From: Guillardia theta CCMP2712
Lineage: Eukaryota; Protista; Cryptophyta
NCBI RefSeq assembly: GCF_000315625.1
Contig: NW_005434653.1
Span: forward strand, 157,939-221,938
Direction: 5' to 3'
DNA: 64,000 bases
Positions within the stretch are counted from its first letter, which is position 1. Every line of letters starts with the position of its first letter. Below are positions 62,440 through 64,000 of this stretch, piece after piece. The position numbers and the translations under genes were made by a program. The notes under the pieces are model-generated. The model saw only the letters and a program-made list of their open reading frames with translations. It did not search any database and was not told the DNA's origin.

Positions 62440-63839
62440 ATGGAGGAGGCGGGGGATCCTGAAAGCGATCAGAAGGGGAAGGTCGGAGATGAGGAGAAGA
62501 CGGAGAAGAGCGGAGAGGAGGACAAGACGGGCTCGTCCTTTGCTCCTGCCGAGGATGTGGGGGCGGCACCGGGCAGCGTTGACTTCTACATCTCGTACCG
62601 CGAGAAGGATCCCTACGGGTACTCTGACTGGGATGTTGCCTCGAAGATCGCAAGCGTGCTGCAGAAGGAGAAGAGGAGCGAGGACGAGAGCGTCTCCGTC
62701 TTCCTCCCCGACGGCCACACGTGGCAGCAGCGGGTCCAGCTCGGGCTGGGGCCCGCGAAGAACGTGCTGCTGGTCGTGTCGGAGGACGGGCTGAGGAGGA
62801 TTTACGATGCGCACAGGAGCGAGGACGTGATGCTGCTGGAGTACGAGTACGCGCTTGCAGAGAAGCTCAAGGGGCTGAAGCGAGTCCTCCTGATCCTCCT
62901 GCAGGACAAGACAGGCTCCAAGTTCTCCTCCTTCGGGCTGGACAACTTCGCACATGGGGAGGTCGCCAAGGTCGGGCAGCCGCCATGTCACAAGAGCACC
63001 AATAGCGCGAGGCTGTGGGACAACGGGGAGAAAGGGGACCTGCTCTTCAAGGAGAGGAAGGCAGGAGAGCACTCGGTGCGAGAGACCATGGCGGCGCTGT
63101 TCCGGCTAACCGGGCGGCACACGAGCAGCAAACCGTCGGAGTTGAAGACGCTGGTGCCGGAGATGATGGCGATGCTTATGCTGAAGATGCCGCAAGTGCC
63201 GACGGAGCGATCCCTGCTGTCTAAGAATGTGAAGCTGGAGCAGGAGGGAGAGGGCCTGAGGAAGATGTTCGAGGGGCTGGGGGAGGAGACGGCTGCTGTG
63301 CTGCCTCTGCTCAAGATGAAGTTTGGGATCGGATCGATCCATGACCTGTCGAGCCTGTCAGAGAAGCAGCTGGAGGAGGAGCTGGAGGTTGACAGCGGGA
63401 AGATCGTGCTGTTCGACAAGAGCTGGCAGGTGCTGTTTATTGAGAACACCGTCTCCTCCATCGACGACGCGACTCTCGCTCGAACCGTGAGCAAGCTTAA
63501 GCTGCTGGGGCTGGAGGCGGCGGTACCCGACGCTGAGCAGCAGGAGCAGCTGTCGGAGAAGATGTGTGTCACTGCCCTCTTCTCAACCTCGGGGGCGAAC
63601 ATAATCGGGAAGAGGATGGAGGTCGGAGGAGAGGAGAGGATGATACTGTCTGCTACCGACGCACTCGTTCTTCGCAACGTCGCCCTCACATGCTGTGTGG
63701 CGGCTGCTGGGCTGACCTGCTGGTCAGGTAGATGAAGTTGAAGGAACTTCAACGTTCGTTGAGGTTACTGATGACCTCCTTGCCAAGCTCAAAGTAAGAC
63801 GAAATTCCCTCCCCCTCCTCCTCCTCCTCCTCCTCATCC

Positions 63840-63888
<49 letters not shown>

Positions 63889-64000
63889 TCTCCTCCTCAT
63901 CCTCATCTTCATCCTCCTCCTTCTCCCCGATGTCTTGCGTGTTCGTCCTTCCTCTTTTGTCTGGACCGGTCAACTCTCCCGCCCCCGTCTCTCCCCTCCG
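62440..64000 (+). CDS. TIR-domain protein with a SAM-like segment; continues beyond the window
   Basis: VDFYISYR, SVFL, VLLVVSEDGL, VMLLEYEYAL and RVLLILL fit the TIR beta/alpha pattern. FGIGSIHDLSSLSEKQLEEEL is SAM-like. A further exon, VDEVEGTS...AKLK, lies at about 63728-63793. Confidence 0.72.

Overview
Eukaryotic, intron-rich nuclear DNA. It has GT-AG introns of about 45-60 nt plus microsatellite-swollen introns, and four N gaps. Gene families and style suggest a cryptophyte alga such as Guillardia theta (inference only). About 14 genes or pseudogenes can be read by splicing exons by eye: a SHAQKYF-MYB gene and a disrupted tandem copy, a frameshifted Crinkler-like coiled-coil/P-loop gene, a Cid1/Trf4-type nucleotidyltransferase, a PPR-like helical protein, a DUF579 methyltransferase, 2-oxoglutarate dehydrogenase E1, a Tim44-like protein, an intronless GT49 glycosyltransferase, an 8x helicase-associated (HA) repeat protein, GSK3, a small membrane protein, an M13 peptidase, a secreted Cys-rich protein, a PAS-phosphodiesterase, MUTYH, an Ariadne E3 ligase and a TIR + SAM-like protein. 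The strongest lead is a mutational signature of short (5-11 nt), often fold-back-templated insertions plus a micro-inversion. It disrupts the MYB duplicate and the Crinkler-like gene and shares its sequence vocabulary with GC-rich palindromic intergenic patches. Other leads are signal peptide + LRGG presequences on two nucleic-acid-acting proteins, an inhibitor-2-like motif fused to the nucleotidyltransferase, and the TIR/SAM-like protein. Exon boundaries were read manually and are approximate.
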